Shown here: one piece after another, positions 25,311 through 34,754 of the stretch
Numbering within the stretch: the stretch's first letter is position 1
Layout: each line of letters opens with the position of its first letter
Assembly: GCA_965652295.1 (NCBI GenBank)
Contig: CBFGTS010000009.1
Span: forward strand, 1 to 64,000
Length of the DNA: 64,000 nucleotides
DNA from: an uncultured Haloferula sp.
Lineage (GTDB): Bacteria > Verrucomicrobiota > Verrucomicrobiia > Verrucomicrobiales > Akkermansiaceae
Direction: 5' to 3'
Translations under genes and position numbers: made by a program
The notes under the pieces: generated by a model
What the model was told of the DNA's origin: nothing
Seen by the model: the letters and a program-made list of their open reading frames with translations, nothing else
The model's database searches: none

Positions 25311-27236
25311 TTAGAGAGGTAGGTCGTAGCTGCGCCCACCCACCCCGTCGAACCAGCGGAGATAGGCCGCATTGACCGTCGCGTAGCCGCCGGATGTCGG
25401 ATAGTTCCCAGTGAAATACCAATCACCGCAGGGACCACCGATGGCCTGACGGAGGTTGTCGATGGTTTGGAACACCACCTGCACCTCGCCTTTCCAATCG
25501 CAGTCCTCCGGCGTGACCATCCGGCTGATCTCCTCGGAGACTTCCTCGTCACTGAACGCCTCGTAGACCCGCTTCACCGCGTTTTCCATGACGGCGGGCG
25601 GCCTGGCGAGCTCCCTACGGCAGTCGTCGTAGATTTCGTCGAGGAGCGACTGCCTGCCGGCCTTCCGGTGAAGCGCGACGGCGGCCTGGAAGGCGATGAA
25701 TTTGCCCAGCTCCGACATGTCGATCCCGTAACAATCCGGGTAGCGGATCTGGGGAGCGGTGGAGCACACCACGATCTTCCGTGGATGGGTGCGGGAGAGG
25801 ATCTTGAGGATCGACTTCTTGAGGGTGGTCCCGCGCACGATCGAGTCGTCCAGGGCGACCAGGGCGTCGCCGGGCTCGACCATGCCGTAGGTGATGTCGT
25901 AGACGTGGGAAACCAACTGGTCGCGCCCCTTTTCCTGCGCGATGAAGGTGCGCATCTTGATGTCCTTGTGGGCGATTTTTTCACCCCGCGGCCAGTTACG
26001 CATGATCACGTCGTCGAGCAGATCCTCGTCGAGTCTTCCATCGGCCATCGCTTTCAGGATCGCGTCCCGCACCTCGCGCCGGCGATGCAGGCGCAGCCCG
26101 TCCATGAGGCCATACCAAGCGGTCTCCGCGGTGTTCGGGATGAAGGAAAACACGGCCTTGTCCACCGCCCCGCCGATCGCCTCGACCACCTGGGGCACCA
26201 GCGCGGCACCCATCGCCTTCCGCTCTTTGTAGATCTCCGGGTCGTTGCCGCGGGAAAAATAAATCCGCTCGAAGGAGCACGGGAGATAGGGCCTGGGTTC
26301 GGAAAACGCAGCGTCCGCCAGCGAGCCATCCGACTTGATGGTGACCACGGAGCCCGGTTTGACCGAAACGACCTCGTCCTCCGCGGCCTCGAACACCGTC
26401 ATCAACGGCACCCGCTCGGAGGCGAAGGCGATGACGTCCTCGGTGATCAGCATGTGGCACGGCCGGATGCCGCTCGGGTCGCGCATCACGAACATGTCCC
26501 CGTTTCCCACCACTCCGCAGATGGCGTAGCCACCGTCCCAGGGAGCCGCGGAACGCCGCACCAGATCGACGATGTCGAGCCGCTCGGAAATCCGCTCCGG
26601 AATCTCAGCTCCATCGACGCCACCATCCCGCAGCTCGCGGTAAAGGTCGGTGTGTTCCTCATCGAGATGGAAGCCGATTTCCTCCAGAACCGTCTGGGTG
26701 TCCGTGCCGAACACCGGGTGCTGGCCGCGGTCGATCAACGCGCGGTTGAGCTGGCCGGTGTTGGTCATGTTGAAGTTCCCCATGACCATGAGGGTCCGCG
26801 TCGGCCAGTTGCTGCGCCGCAGATACGGGTGGCACGAGCCTTCCTCGAAGTCCCCGGAGGTGCCGTAGCGCAGGTGGCCGATGAGGATCTCCCCGCCGAA
26901 ATCAAAACCGCGCTTCACATCGGCGGGGTCGTCCGGATTGAGCCGGCCCTTCCGCACCATCTTGTGGTAACCCTTCATCTCCTTGCGGAAGACGTTGGCC
27001 AAGGCGTCCTTTTCACTGCTGCGGCGCCGGAACACATACGGCTCGCCCAAAGGCATGCCGATCTTGCTGCAACCGATGCCGATCCCGTCCTGGCCGCGGT
27101 TGTGCTGCTTCTCCATGAGCAGGAACAGCTTGTTGAAACCCCACAAGGCCGTGCCGTAGCGGTCCTTGTAATATGCCAGCGGCTTGCGGAGACGCACGGC
27201 GGCGATTCCGCATTCGTGTTTGAGAAAATCGCTCAT
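25311..27236 (-). CDS. purF: amidophosphoribosyltransferase (long form)
   Basis: HECGI (Ntn Cys1 after propeptide), QHNRGQD, HLRYGT, DDSIVRGTT, YGID, GDWYFTGNYP; adjacent to purM. Confidence 0.93.
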   Translation of the reverse strand: MSDFLKHECGIAAVRLRKPLAYYKDRYGTALWGFNKLFLLMEKQHNRGQDGIGIGCSKIGMPLGEPYVFRRRSSEKDALANVFRKEMKGYHKMVRKGRLNPDDPADVKRGFDFGGEILIGHLRYGTSGDFEEGSCHPYLRRSNWPTRTLMVMGNFNMTNTGQLNRALIDRGQHPVFGTDTQTVLEEIGFHLDEEHTDLYRELRDGGVDGAEIPERISERLDIVDLVRRSAAPWDGGYAICGVVGNGDMFVMRDPSGIRPCHMLITEDVIAFASERVPLMTVFEAAEDEVVSVKPGSVVTIKSDGSLADAAFSEPRPYLPCSFERIYFSRGNDPEIYKERKAMGAALVPQVVEAIGGAVDKAVFSFIPNTAETAWYGLMDGLRLHRRREVRDAILKAMADGRLDEDLLDDVIMRNWPRGEKIAHKDIKMRTFIAQEKGRDQLVSHVYDITYGMVEPGDALVALDDSIVRGTTLKKSILKILSRTHPRKIVVCSTAPQIRYPDCYGIDMSELGKFIAFQAAVALHRKAGRQSLLDEIYDDCRRELARPPAVMENAVKRVYEAFSDEEVSEEISRMVTPEDCDWKGEVQVVFQTIDNLRQAIGGPCGDWYFTGNYPTSGGYATVNAAYLRWFDGVGGRSYDLPL

Positions 27237-27243
27237 CGCCAGA

Positions 27244-28239
27244 TCACTCGCCGGTCACGTGGACGCGGACACCTTCGCTTTCGACGATGTTTCCGATCAC
27301 CACCCCGCCGGACCCCGCCTTCACTGCGGCATCGGCATCCTCCGGCGAAACGATGGCCACCCAGCCGATTCCCATGTTGAAGGTGTGGAAGCGGTCGTTT
27401 CCATCCACGTGACGGTATAGCTTTTCGATCCCCGGCAATCCCCAGGCAGGGATCTCAAGGTCAGCCCCACAGCCCTGGAAAAGACGCTCCAGGTTTTCGG
27501 GCAGGCCGCCGCCGGTGATGTGGGCCATCGCCCTGGGCTTCACTTCCGCTTTCCGCAGGTCCGCCACGACATCGTGGTAGAGACGCGTCGGCTGAAGCCA
27601 CGCGTGCAGTTCCTCGTCGGCGACCTCGCCGGGGAACTCGCGCAAGACCCGGCGCACCAGGCTCCAGCCATTGGCGTGAATGCTGTCCGAGGCGTAGCCC
27701 ACCAGCACGTCACCCACGGCGATGGTCGAAGGATCGATCATGCCGCTCTTCTCCACGCATCCGATGCAAAAGCCGGAAAGCTCGATCACCCCTTCCGGCA
27801 CGATTCCCGGCATTTCCGCGGTTTCCCCGCCCGCCAGGATGCATTGGCAGGATTCCAGATAGTCCGCCATCCCTCCGATCAGCCGGGTGATCCGCACCTC
27901 ATCAAGGGCCGCGATGCCGATGTAGTCGAGAAAGAGCAAGGGATCGCCGCCCGTGGTGAGGATGTCGTTGACGCTCATGGCCACGAGATCTTTCCCGGCG
28001 ATCTCCAGCAGGTCGTGCTCGAGCAGGAGCTCCAGCTTCGTCCCGACACCATCGCAGCCGGTCACGATCACCGGCTCGCGGTAAGCGCTCAGATCATACG
28101 CGGCCGCAAAGAGGCCGAAGGCACCCATCAGCTTTCGCTCCCGTTGGGTCCTCGCCACGTGACTCCGGATGTCCCCGACGAGGGCTGCTGCCCTCCGCGT
28201 GTCCACCCCCGCTTGCTGGTAGGTCAGTTTTCCGGCCAT
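27244..28239 (-). CDS. purM: phosphoribosylformylglycinamidine cyclo-ligase
   Basis: YQQAGVD, DGVGTK, DLVAMSVND, GGETAEMPG, HITGGG, TFNMGIG. Confidence 0.96.
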   Translation of the reverse strand: MAGKLTYQQAGVDTRRAAALVGDIRSHVARTQRERKLMGAFGLFAAAYDLSAYREPVIVTGCDGVGTKLELLLEHDLLEIAGKDLVAMSVNDILTTGGDPLLFLDYIGIAALDEVRITRLIGGMADYLESCQCILAGGETAEMPGIVPEGVIELSGFCIGCVEKSGMIDPSTIAVGDVLVGYASDSIHANGWSLVRRVLREFPGEVADEELHAWLQPTRLYHDVVADLRKAEVKPRAMAHITGGGLPENLERLFQGCGADLEIPAWGLPGIEKLYRHVDGNDRFHTFNMGIGWVAIVSPEDADAAVKAGSGGVVIGNIVESEGVRVHVTGE

Positions 28240-28592
28240 GCGCTGCTGCTGGTGGCGGGGTTGTAACAGGCACTTCCGACCCGTCACGAAGAAAAGACCC
28301 GTCATTTGAAAGGACGACCAAACCCGCAGTCTCCGGCGCAGGAACCATGGGGATCACCTTCCGACAGCTTGAAAAAATCTTCGGAAAATCGGTTCGCCTT
28401 CCCAAGATTTCACGAAAATTTAAAAACATTACCAGCCAAGGCACCGAAAGACCTCCGGTTTTTGCACCTCCATGCTCTTGTTTTCCAAGGACCTGCGAAG
28501 TTCCAAGGAGCCACCGGCCAGCCATTTCAAAAATGCTTGATTATTCGGAGGTCTTAACTAAAAGCCTTAGCCATCACCCATTTCCCCGCCCA

Positions 28593-29243
28593 ATGGCCCC
28601 CTCCCCACCCAAGCTGTCGCTAAGCCAAGGCCTGACCATCGGCTACCGCTCGCCGCTTGCCCGGGCCCAGGCCGCGATCGAGCTCGGACAGGGCACCCAT
28701 TTCCTCCTCGCCCGCAACGGCCGCGGCAAGACCACCCTGCTGAGAACCGTGGCCAGAAGCATCCGCCCCCTCGCCGGAAAAGTCGGCTGCCACGGCGCGA
28801 TGCAGTACCTGCCGGAGAACCTGACCTTCGATGACGAACTCAGCGCCGGAGCCATTTTCAAGGCACTTATCCCGAAATCCCGCGTCGCCCAGGCCCTCGA
28901 ACTGGCCGACGCCATCGAGCTCGACGTCGACAAGGTCTACCACAAGCTCTCCACCGGGAATCGCCGCAAAACCTCGCTCATCGTCGCGGAATTCTCCGTC
29001 GATCCGGATCGACCGGCCATCCTGCTGCTCGACGAGCCCTTCAGCGGCCTCGACGCCTACGCACGCGAGCAATTCGAGAACATCTGGCGACACGCCGGCA
29101 CCAACGTCCTGCGACTCGTCAGCTGCCACCCGGACTATGACTCGATGCCGATGCCCAGCGCGATCCTGATCGAGAACGGTCACCTTTCCCATACCGCCAA
29201 CGCCGACCAGACCTGGCAGGCTCTCAAAACCCGCCTGAACTGA
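28593..29243 (+). CDS. short ABC transporter ATPase (PilH-like by context)
   Basis: Walker A ARNGRGKTT, degenerate signature LSTGN, Walker B LLLDEP, D-loop SGLD, switch SCH. Confidence 0.88.
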   Translation: MAPSPPKLSLSQGLTIGYRSPLARAQAAIELGQGTHFLLARNGRGKTTLLRTVARSIRPLAGKVGCHGAMQYLPENLTFDDELSAGAIFKALIPKSRVAQALELADAIELDVDKVYHKLSTGNRRKTSLIVAEFSVDPDRPAILLLDEPFSGLDAYAREQFENIWRHAGTNVLRLVSCHPDYDSMPMPSAILIENGHLSHTANADQTWQALKTRLN

Positions 29244-29257
29244 TCTCGATTTCCGTC

Positions 29258-30025
29258 ATGCGCCTTTACAAACTCACGCTTTCCACGCTGTTCCGCCGGA
29301 AGACATGGGTGATTTGCGCCTTTCTGGTGCTGGTGGTTCCGTTCATCCTGCCCCAGATCTCCAGCGGTTCGGAGAACCCCGCCCTGATCAAGCCCGCGCT
29401 GGCTCAGGCCGCTTGGATCATGGCCTGGCTTTCAGCGGCCTTCTGGGGCTATTTCGCCGCCTCCCAAACCGGGGAGAAACTCTCCCGCAGCGGGCTTGGC
29501 GAGTATTTCCAGACCTCCGGAACCTCCGCCACGCGGCAGCTCTTCGAATCCTGGCTGGCGATCTCCACCTTCGTGGCCCCGCTTGGATTGGCCGCTGGAC
29601 TGGTCAGCATCCTCGGCGCAAGCCCGGCGGACCCAGAGGAGCGCACGATGTGGATCGCCACCAACCTCCAATACGCCTTCCTCTTCGCCGCCGTCGTTTC
29701 GCCGCTGATCGCCCTCGCCCTTGCCTGCGCCTCACGTTTCGGGGCCATCTCGGGCTTCGTCATCTCCTCCGGCCTCAGCTTCTACGGCCTCTACGGCGTC
29801 GGCTACGTGAAGCAGCTCATTTCGGTGGAGGAAAAGCCCCTGCTCAACTGGCTGTGGAGCATCTCCCCGCACTACCACTTCGCCGATCCCACCGAGCGCC
29901 TGCGCTACAAGCTCGGAGCCATCGAGTGGAGCCAGTTCCCGCTCCTCGTCGCCTACTTCGCAGGTATCGCCCTGCTCTACCTCGCAATTTCGCGTCTTAT
30001 CTTCCGCGTTCGCGCTACTGCATGA
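29258..30025 (+). CDS. ABC-2-type permease (PilI-like by context)
   Basis: About six TM segments in 255 aa, directly after the ABC ATPase. Confidence 0.8.
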   Translation: MRLYKLTLSTLFRRKTWVICAFLVLVVPFILPQISSGSENPALIKPALAQAAWIMAWLSAAFWGYFAASQTGEKLSRSGLGEYFQTSGTSATRQLFESWLAISTFVAPLGLAAGLVSILGASPADPEERTMWIATNLQYAFLFAAVVSPLIALALACASRFGAISGFVISSGLSFYGLYGVGYVKQLISVEEKPLLNWLWSISPHYHFADPTERLRYKLGAIEWSQFPLLVAYFAGIALLYLAISRLIFRVRATA

Positions 30026-30052
30026 CTCTCTGATTCCCTGCATCATCCTGCC

Positions 30053-31027
30053 ATGATCACCCGTTCCGCCATCGTCACCGCCTCCCTCGCCCTCGTCGGC
30101 GCAGGCGTCTGGTCGTACGCGGGTGCCCGGCTGGCCCATGACGGGAAGTTCGAGTTCCAGCCGAACCCGCTCGGGATCAAACGCAGCCCCTACGGCCAGG
30201 TCATCGCCATGGCTTTCCAAGCCCCGGTGGACAAAGACTGGCACGGCGGCATCGAAATTCACGACGGACCGCACGATCACGAATGCGAAGACGCGCACTG
30301 CGATCACGACCATTCGGCCCACGACCACTCGAACCACGAAGCCTGCGAGGATCCCGACCACCACGATCACGGCCACGACCATTCCGACGCCGAAGTCTGC
30401 GATTGCGGTCATGACCACGCCGATGCCCCGGCATCCGAGTCCCACCTGCTCGATCGCCTGGAAAGCGCGGTGACGATGCGGACCAATCCCCGCGCCCCCA
30501 CAGAGGCCCACAAGTTTTACCTTCGTCGCGAAATCGAGGACAAACTCCGTTTCGCCTACGAACTCGATCCCTCGCACTACGCCAACTACGCCTGCTACCA
30601 CCTTTTCCTGAAAGAAGAGAGCCTGGGCACCTACCGACACGCGAAGGGGGAAAAGACCCGTCTGATGATCGACTTGGCGGAAAAGACGATGCGCTACTGC
30701 CTTCAGCAGAACCACAGCGACCCCCGCCCCGCTCTCACCGGCTCGGCGGCCGCCTACAACATCCTTGAGATCATGCTCGAGGCGGAGCCGGGTGTTTACT
30801 CGATCCAGGATTTCGACCGACGCATCGCCGAGTTCGATCACTGCCTGAAACGTCACTTCGACCTCCTCGGCCACTCCATTGAGAGCGGTCGCTGGGACCT
30901 CCTCTCGCCCGCCCGGCAGCAGGAGATCCAGCAGCGGGGGAAATTCACCCTCAAGCTACGCGAAACGGTGATCGCCACCCTCGCCCGGCGCCACCCCGGA
31001 TACACCAGCCCTTCCGCCGGATTATGA
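30053..31027 (+). CDS. membrane-anchored helical/TPR-like protein with His/Cys-rich insertion (PilG-like by context)
   Basis: N-terminal hydrophobic helix, 53-aa tract with 16 His and 5 Cys, YELDPSHYANY; ATGA overlap with pilT. Confidence 0.75.
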   Translation: MITRSAIVTASLALVGAGVWSYAGARLAHDGKFEFQPNPLGIKRSPYGQVIAMAFQAPVDKDWHGGIEIHDGPHDHECEDAHCDHDHSAHDHSNHEACEDPDHHDHGHDHSDAEVCDCGHDHADAPASESHLLDRLESAVTMRTNPRAPTEAHKFYLRREIEDKLRFAYELDPSHYANYACYHLFLKEESLGTYRHAKGEKTRLMIDLAEKTMRYCLQQNHSDPRPALTGSAAAYNILEIMLEAEPGVYSIQDFDRRIAEFDHCLKRHFDLLGHSIESGRWDLLSPARQQEIQQRGKFTLKLRETVIATLARRHPGYTSPSAGL

Positions 31028-32304
31028 GCGTCTTCGCCAGCACTCCACCGCCCTTGGAGGGAGCCGCTCCGGCCCCCGCCGCCCCGCTGTATTTCCTGCC
31101 GGGGATGAGCGGCAACCAGCTCCTCGGCATCATTTTCCGGGTGTGCAAGGAAATGCGGGTGTCCGACATCCAGATGCGCGCCAACCGGCCCGTCTACATC
31201 CACGCCAACAAAGGGGTCGAAAAGCTCGAACGCCTCGGCGTCCTGACCTCCGCCCACATGGATGAGATCCTCAAGGAACTCATCCGCAACCGCGAGAGCG
31301 GGAGCCACGGCTTCGGTGAGGGCGATTCCCTCGAAACCCGCGTCGAGGACAAGATCGCGGCGGCGATGACCGATTTCTCCGAGCGCCGCGTGGCCGACTT
31401 CTCCTGCGACGGGATTCCGATGAGCGAAGGCGGCGAGCGCTCCGGCCGTCTGCGGATCCAAGCCCACCTCAGCTCCTCCGGCCTCGGCGTCACCTGCCGG
31501 ATCCTCAACGATTTCATCCCGGAACTCGAATCCCTGGGGATCGATCCGGACACCATTCACGTCCTCCGCCAAGGGGTTCAAAAGCGCGCCGGCCTCTGCC
31601 TTGTCACCGGGCCCACGGGTTCGGGTAAATCGACCACCCTGGCCGCTCTCATCGACTGGCTGCGCCGGAACCACCGGAAGCACATCGTCACCGTCGAGGA
31701 CCCCATCGAGTACCAATATCCCGACGACATGGAGGACCCCGAGTTCCGGGGCCGCCGCACCGCTTCGCCCTCCATCGTCACCCAGCAGGAGGTCGGCCGC
31801 GACCTGCACTCCTACCGCCAGGGCCTCAAGGACGTCCTGCGGAAGGCACCCCACGTCATCCTCCTCGGAGAAATTCGGGATCGCGAAGCCATGGAGACCT
31901 GCATGGAAGCGGCCCAGACCGGTCACCTCGTGCTCTCCACCCTCCACACCACCGGGGCGGTGAAAACCATCGGCCGGATCCTGGAGATGTATCCGCGGGA
32001 AAACCACCCCGCGGTGCTGAGCCGACTTTCCGAGATCCTCGTCTTCATCCATTCCCAAGGCCTGCTCAACGGCATCAACCGCCGCGTCCTGACCTACGAA
32101 TTCCTGCAAAACAACGACGACGCCGTTTCCTCCGCGATCGCGAACTACGACGGAAACGCAGGATCACTCGAAGACGTAATACGCAGAGCGGGCAATATCG
32201 AGTGGGATAGCAACCTCAAGAGGCTTCTCAACCAAGGGCTTATCGACGCCCACACCTACGTCAACGCCCGCATGAACCGGGACGACTCCCAGGAAATTCT
32301 CTGA
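31024..32304 (+). CDS. pilT: PilT/PilU-family retraction ATPase
   Basis: VSDIQM, GLCLVTGPTGSGKSTT, TVEDPIEY, QQEVG, LLGEIRD, TGHLVLSTLH. Confidence 0.88.
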   Translation: MSVFASTPPPLEGAAPAPAAPLYFLPGMSGNQLLGIIFRVCKEMRVSDIQMRANRPVYIHANKGVEKLERLGVLTSAHMDEILKELIRNRESGSHGFGEGDSLETRVEDKIAAAMTDFSERRVADFSCDGIPMSEGGERSGRLRIQAHLSSSGLGVTCRILNDFIPELESLGIDPDTIHVLRQGVQKRAGLCLVTGPTGSGKSTTLAALIDWLRRNHRKHIVTVEDPIEYQYPDDMEDPEFRGRRTASPSIVTQQEVGRDLHSYRQGLKDVLRKAPHVILLGEIRDREAMETCMEAAQTGHLVLSTLHTTGAVKTIGRILEMYPRENHPAVLSRLSEILVFIHSQGLLNGINRRVLTYEFLQNNDDAVSSAIANYDGNAGSLEDVIRRAGNIEWDSNLKRLLNQGLIDAHTYVNARMNRDDSQEIL

Positions 32305-32399
32305 CCTCAGAAACACCCTCTCGAGATGCCGGAACCGACCGAAGCGAACCGCCGGAAAGAACCGCTCTCAGGAAACCAAAGACAAACACACACCAACAC

Positions 32400-32792
32400 A
32401 TGAAACTGCAAAAACTGAACAAGCGTGCGAAGGGCATGACCCTCCTGGAACTGACCGTGGTCATCCTGGTCCTCCTCTCGCTCATCTCGATCCTCTTCGT
32501 CGGCGCCCGCGCCTGGAAGAAGGGTTCCGACCGCGCCGGCTGCATCATGAACATCCGCAACGTGCAACAAGCCGTTCGGGGTCATCAGAACATGTCGAAC
32601 AAGACCACCGCGGACAACATCGTGACGACCGAGATCATCGGTTCCAACGGCTACATCGAAACCACTCCTTCCTGCCCGTCGGGTGGCACCTACACCTTGG
32701 CCAGCACCTATCCGGCCATCGGTTCCGCTGCCTACACCTGCAGCAATTCCACCACCCTCCAGCACGCTCCCGACAGCACCGCCGGCTGGTGA
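32400..32792 (+). CDS. type IV prepilin, probable major pilin
   Basis: Basic leader, G|MTLLE class III cleavage site with E5, A/C-rich 5' UTR, strong hairpin downstream. Confidence 0.92.
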   Translation: MKLQKLNKRAKGMTLLELTVVILVLLSLISILFVGARAWKKGSDRAGCIMNIRNVQQAVRGHQNMSNKTTADNIVTTEIIGSNGYIETTPSCPSGGTYTLASTYPAIGSAAYTCSNSTTLQHAPDSTAGW

Positions 32793-32840
32793 ATGATTTC
32801 CCGGCGGCCGGGTCTCCTGGCCTGACCGCCTGACTTCCCA

Positions 32841-32877
32841 CCGCCCCCTGCCATCGCTTGGCAGGGGGCGGCTTTCC
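32841..32877 (+). terminator. hairpin after the pilin gene (partial terminator or mRNA stabiliser)
   Basis: Perfect 13-bp stem CCGCCCCCTGCCA/TGGCAGGGGGCGG, only a short CTTT tail. Confidence 0.6.
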
Positions 32878-32933
32878 CACATCCCCCACCCCACTCTCCC
32901 CCCGGTTCGTGCAAAACCGTTTTCCTTACACCC

Positions 32934-34742
32934 TTGGTTACCCACCACCACCCTTCCGAGCTGAACCTGTTTCAGCAGTACCGTCAGGTCGCCTCGTTCC
33001 TTCGTGGAACGAGCCGCGCCACGAATGACGGTTGGTACCGGTCTCCTCTGGAGCAGGACTTCCAGCTCCACGTCCGCTACGACGGCGACGCTTTCCATTC
33101 CCGCTGCTATCACCGCCCGACGGACACCTGGACCCAGGGTCCCGTCATCGATGAAGAACGGATCTCCAGCCCCGAGCAAGCTCCGCTGTTAGGGAAAGAA
33201 CTGGTGACCTTGGCGAAAGCCGCCGGGGCCACTTCCATCGGGGTAATCCTGCACATCGCCGAAGAGTTCGCCACGGCCGAGATCAATCCCGAACTCGACA
33301 ACCCCGGCGCCCTCCCCGAGCTGAAGGAAACGGTGGTCGTCGACCCCAAGTCCGTCCTTCACGACACCTCCCTTCCCATTGACGGCCACTCCTGGCGTCT
33401 CGTCCCCTACCCCGCCGCGGGCGCGGAAACCATCGCCACGGCCGTCACGCTTTCACGCCGTCACGAGGCCTTCCTTTCCCACCTCCGGGACTTCGGCAAC
33501 CGCCAGAATTTCCCGATCACTACGATCGCCACCAGCGCGCCCCTGATCGCGCTCCTCACGCTGGTCGACCTGAAGACGAGCGAGACCGAGCAGCCCTTCC
33601 TCGTGGTGATGCCCTATGCGCGCTTCACCGTCCTGGCCTGCTTCAACGGCCACGGCGACCTCCAGCTTCTCCGCACCCTCCAGCACCGGGGTCAGCGCAG
33701 GCCCTCCAATCTCCGGCATGCCGCCGCGACCACCGCCACCGCGCTCGAAATGTCGGCCCCGGAGATCTTCGTCCTGCCGATGAGTGAAAGTCCCGATCCC
33801 CAGCTCGAAGCCGATCTGCGGATGGTATTTCCGGATTCCCTGATCCACGTCACGAACTGGTCCCGGACCCCTTACCACATTCCCGCCCTCCCCGGCGTGT
33901 CGCCCGAGATGGTGGCGTCGGTCCGGCCCGAGCCGGAGGGCGAGCTTCCTCTGAAGTCCTCGCACACTTTCTCCACTCTCCGTGCCGAGGGCTGGACTAC
34001 GCAGGACTTCCTTCCGGTTCCTCCGGAAAGCGCGGCCATTTACCCGGCGAGGCAGGAAATGAAGCTCCTCCGCGCCGCCCGCTTCACCCGCTACGGCTTG
34101 GTCGTGGCCACGGTGGTCGGACTCGGTTGGGTCGGCCTCGGCATCATCGACATGATGCGCAAGCCCGAGTGGAACTTCCAACCGGGCGAAGCCGGAGTGG
34201 TCGCCGCGAAGCTCCGGGCCTACAACGCCGAACAGGCCCGCCTGGTGGCCTGGGACAATCTCCTCGAGGACCGCTCCAAAGCATGGGCGACCATGGAGAT
34301 GCTTGCCCGTTTCTTCCCTGAAAAGTCCGGAATGCTCGTTCGCTCGTTCTCGCATACCGTGAACCCCCAGGTCCAGCCCGGCGGCGGCAAGGCCGGCTTC
34401 ACCAAGCAATGGAACATCTCGGGCCTCGCCCGCGACGAAGCGCTCGAAAAGCACCTCGCCGATTTCAGCACCAGCCAGGGGATGGCAGCGGCTTTCTCCG
34501 AAATCGCCCGTGTCACCGGCATCCAGGCATTCCGCTCCGACCTCCCCACCCGCAACATCGTAGTCAACATCCGCACCATGGAGAACGCCTCGTGGAAGGA
34601 CAAACCGCCGGAGGAAATGGAGGACACCGACGAGTCCACCTATCCCTATCTCTTCGAGCTGGTCATCACCCAACGTTTCGAGGCGGACGATCCGCTCGCT
34701 CTCGCAGTCGCCGCCGCCCCGAAACCGCCGGCGAAACCCTGA
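32934..34742 (+). CDS. PilM-PilN fusion / GspL-like assembly platform protein
   Basis: ~380-aa soluble region, DFLP motif, single TM, coiled coil, then periplasmic domain with ISGLA; position in the locus. TTG start uncertain. Confidence 0.65.
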   Translation: MVTHHHPSELNLFQQYRQVASFLRGTSRATNDGWYRSPLEQDFQLHVRYDGDAFHSRCYHRPTDTWTQGPVIDEERISSPEQAPLLGKELVTLAKAAGATSIGVILHIAEEFATAEINPELDNPGALPELKETVVVDPKSVLHDTSLPIDGHSWRLVPYPAAGAETIATAVTLSRRHEAFLSHLRDFGNRQNFPITTIATSAPLIALLTLVDLKTSETEQPFLVVMPYARFTVLACFNGHGDLQLLRTLQHRGQRRPSNLRHAAATTATALEMSAPEIFVLPMSESPDPQLEADLRMVFPDSLIHVTNWSRTPYHIPALPGVSPEMVASVRPEPEGELPLKSSHTFSTLRAEGWTTQDFLPVPPESAAIYPARQEMKLLRAARFTRYGLVVATVVGLGWVGLGIIDMMRKPEWNFQPGEAGVVAAKLRAYNAEQARLVAWDNLLEDRSKAWATMEMLARFFPEKSGMLVRSFSHTVNPQVQPGGGKAGFTKQWNISGLARDEALEKHLADFSTSQGMAAAFSEIARVTGIQAFRSDLPTRNIVVNIRTMENASWKDKPPEEMEDTDESTYPYLFELVITQRFEADDPLALAVAAAPKPPAKP

Positions 34743-34754
34743 ACTCTTTCTGAA

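Noticed and set aside
30260..30418. DNA tandem repeat or contingency locus in the His-rich tract
   Set aside because: Codons vary (CAC/CAT, GAC/GAT) with no exact repeat unit; low complexity is at the protein level.
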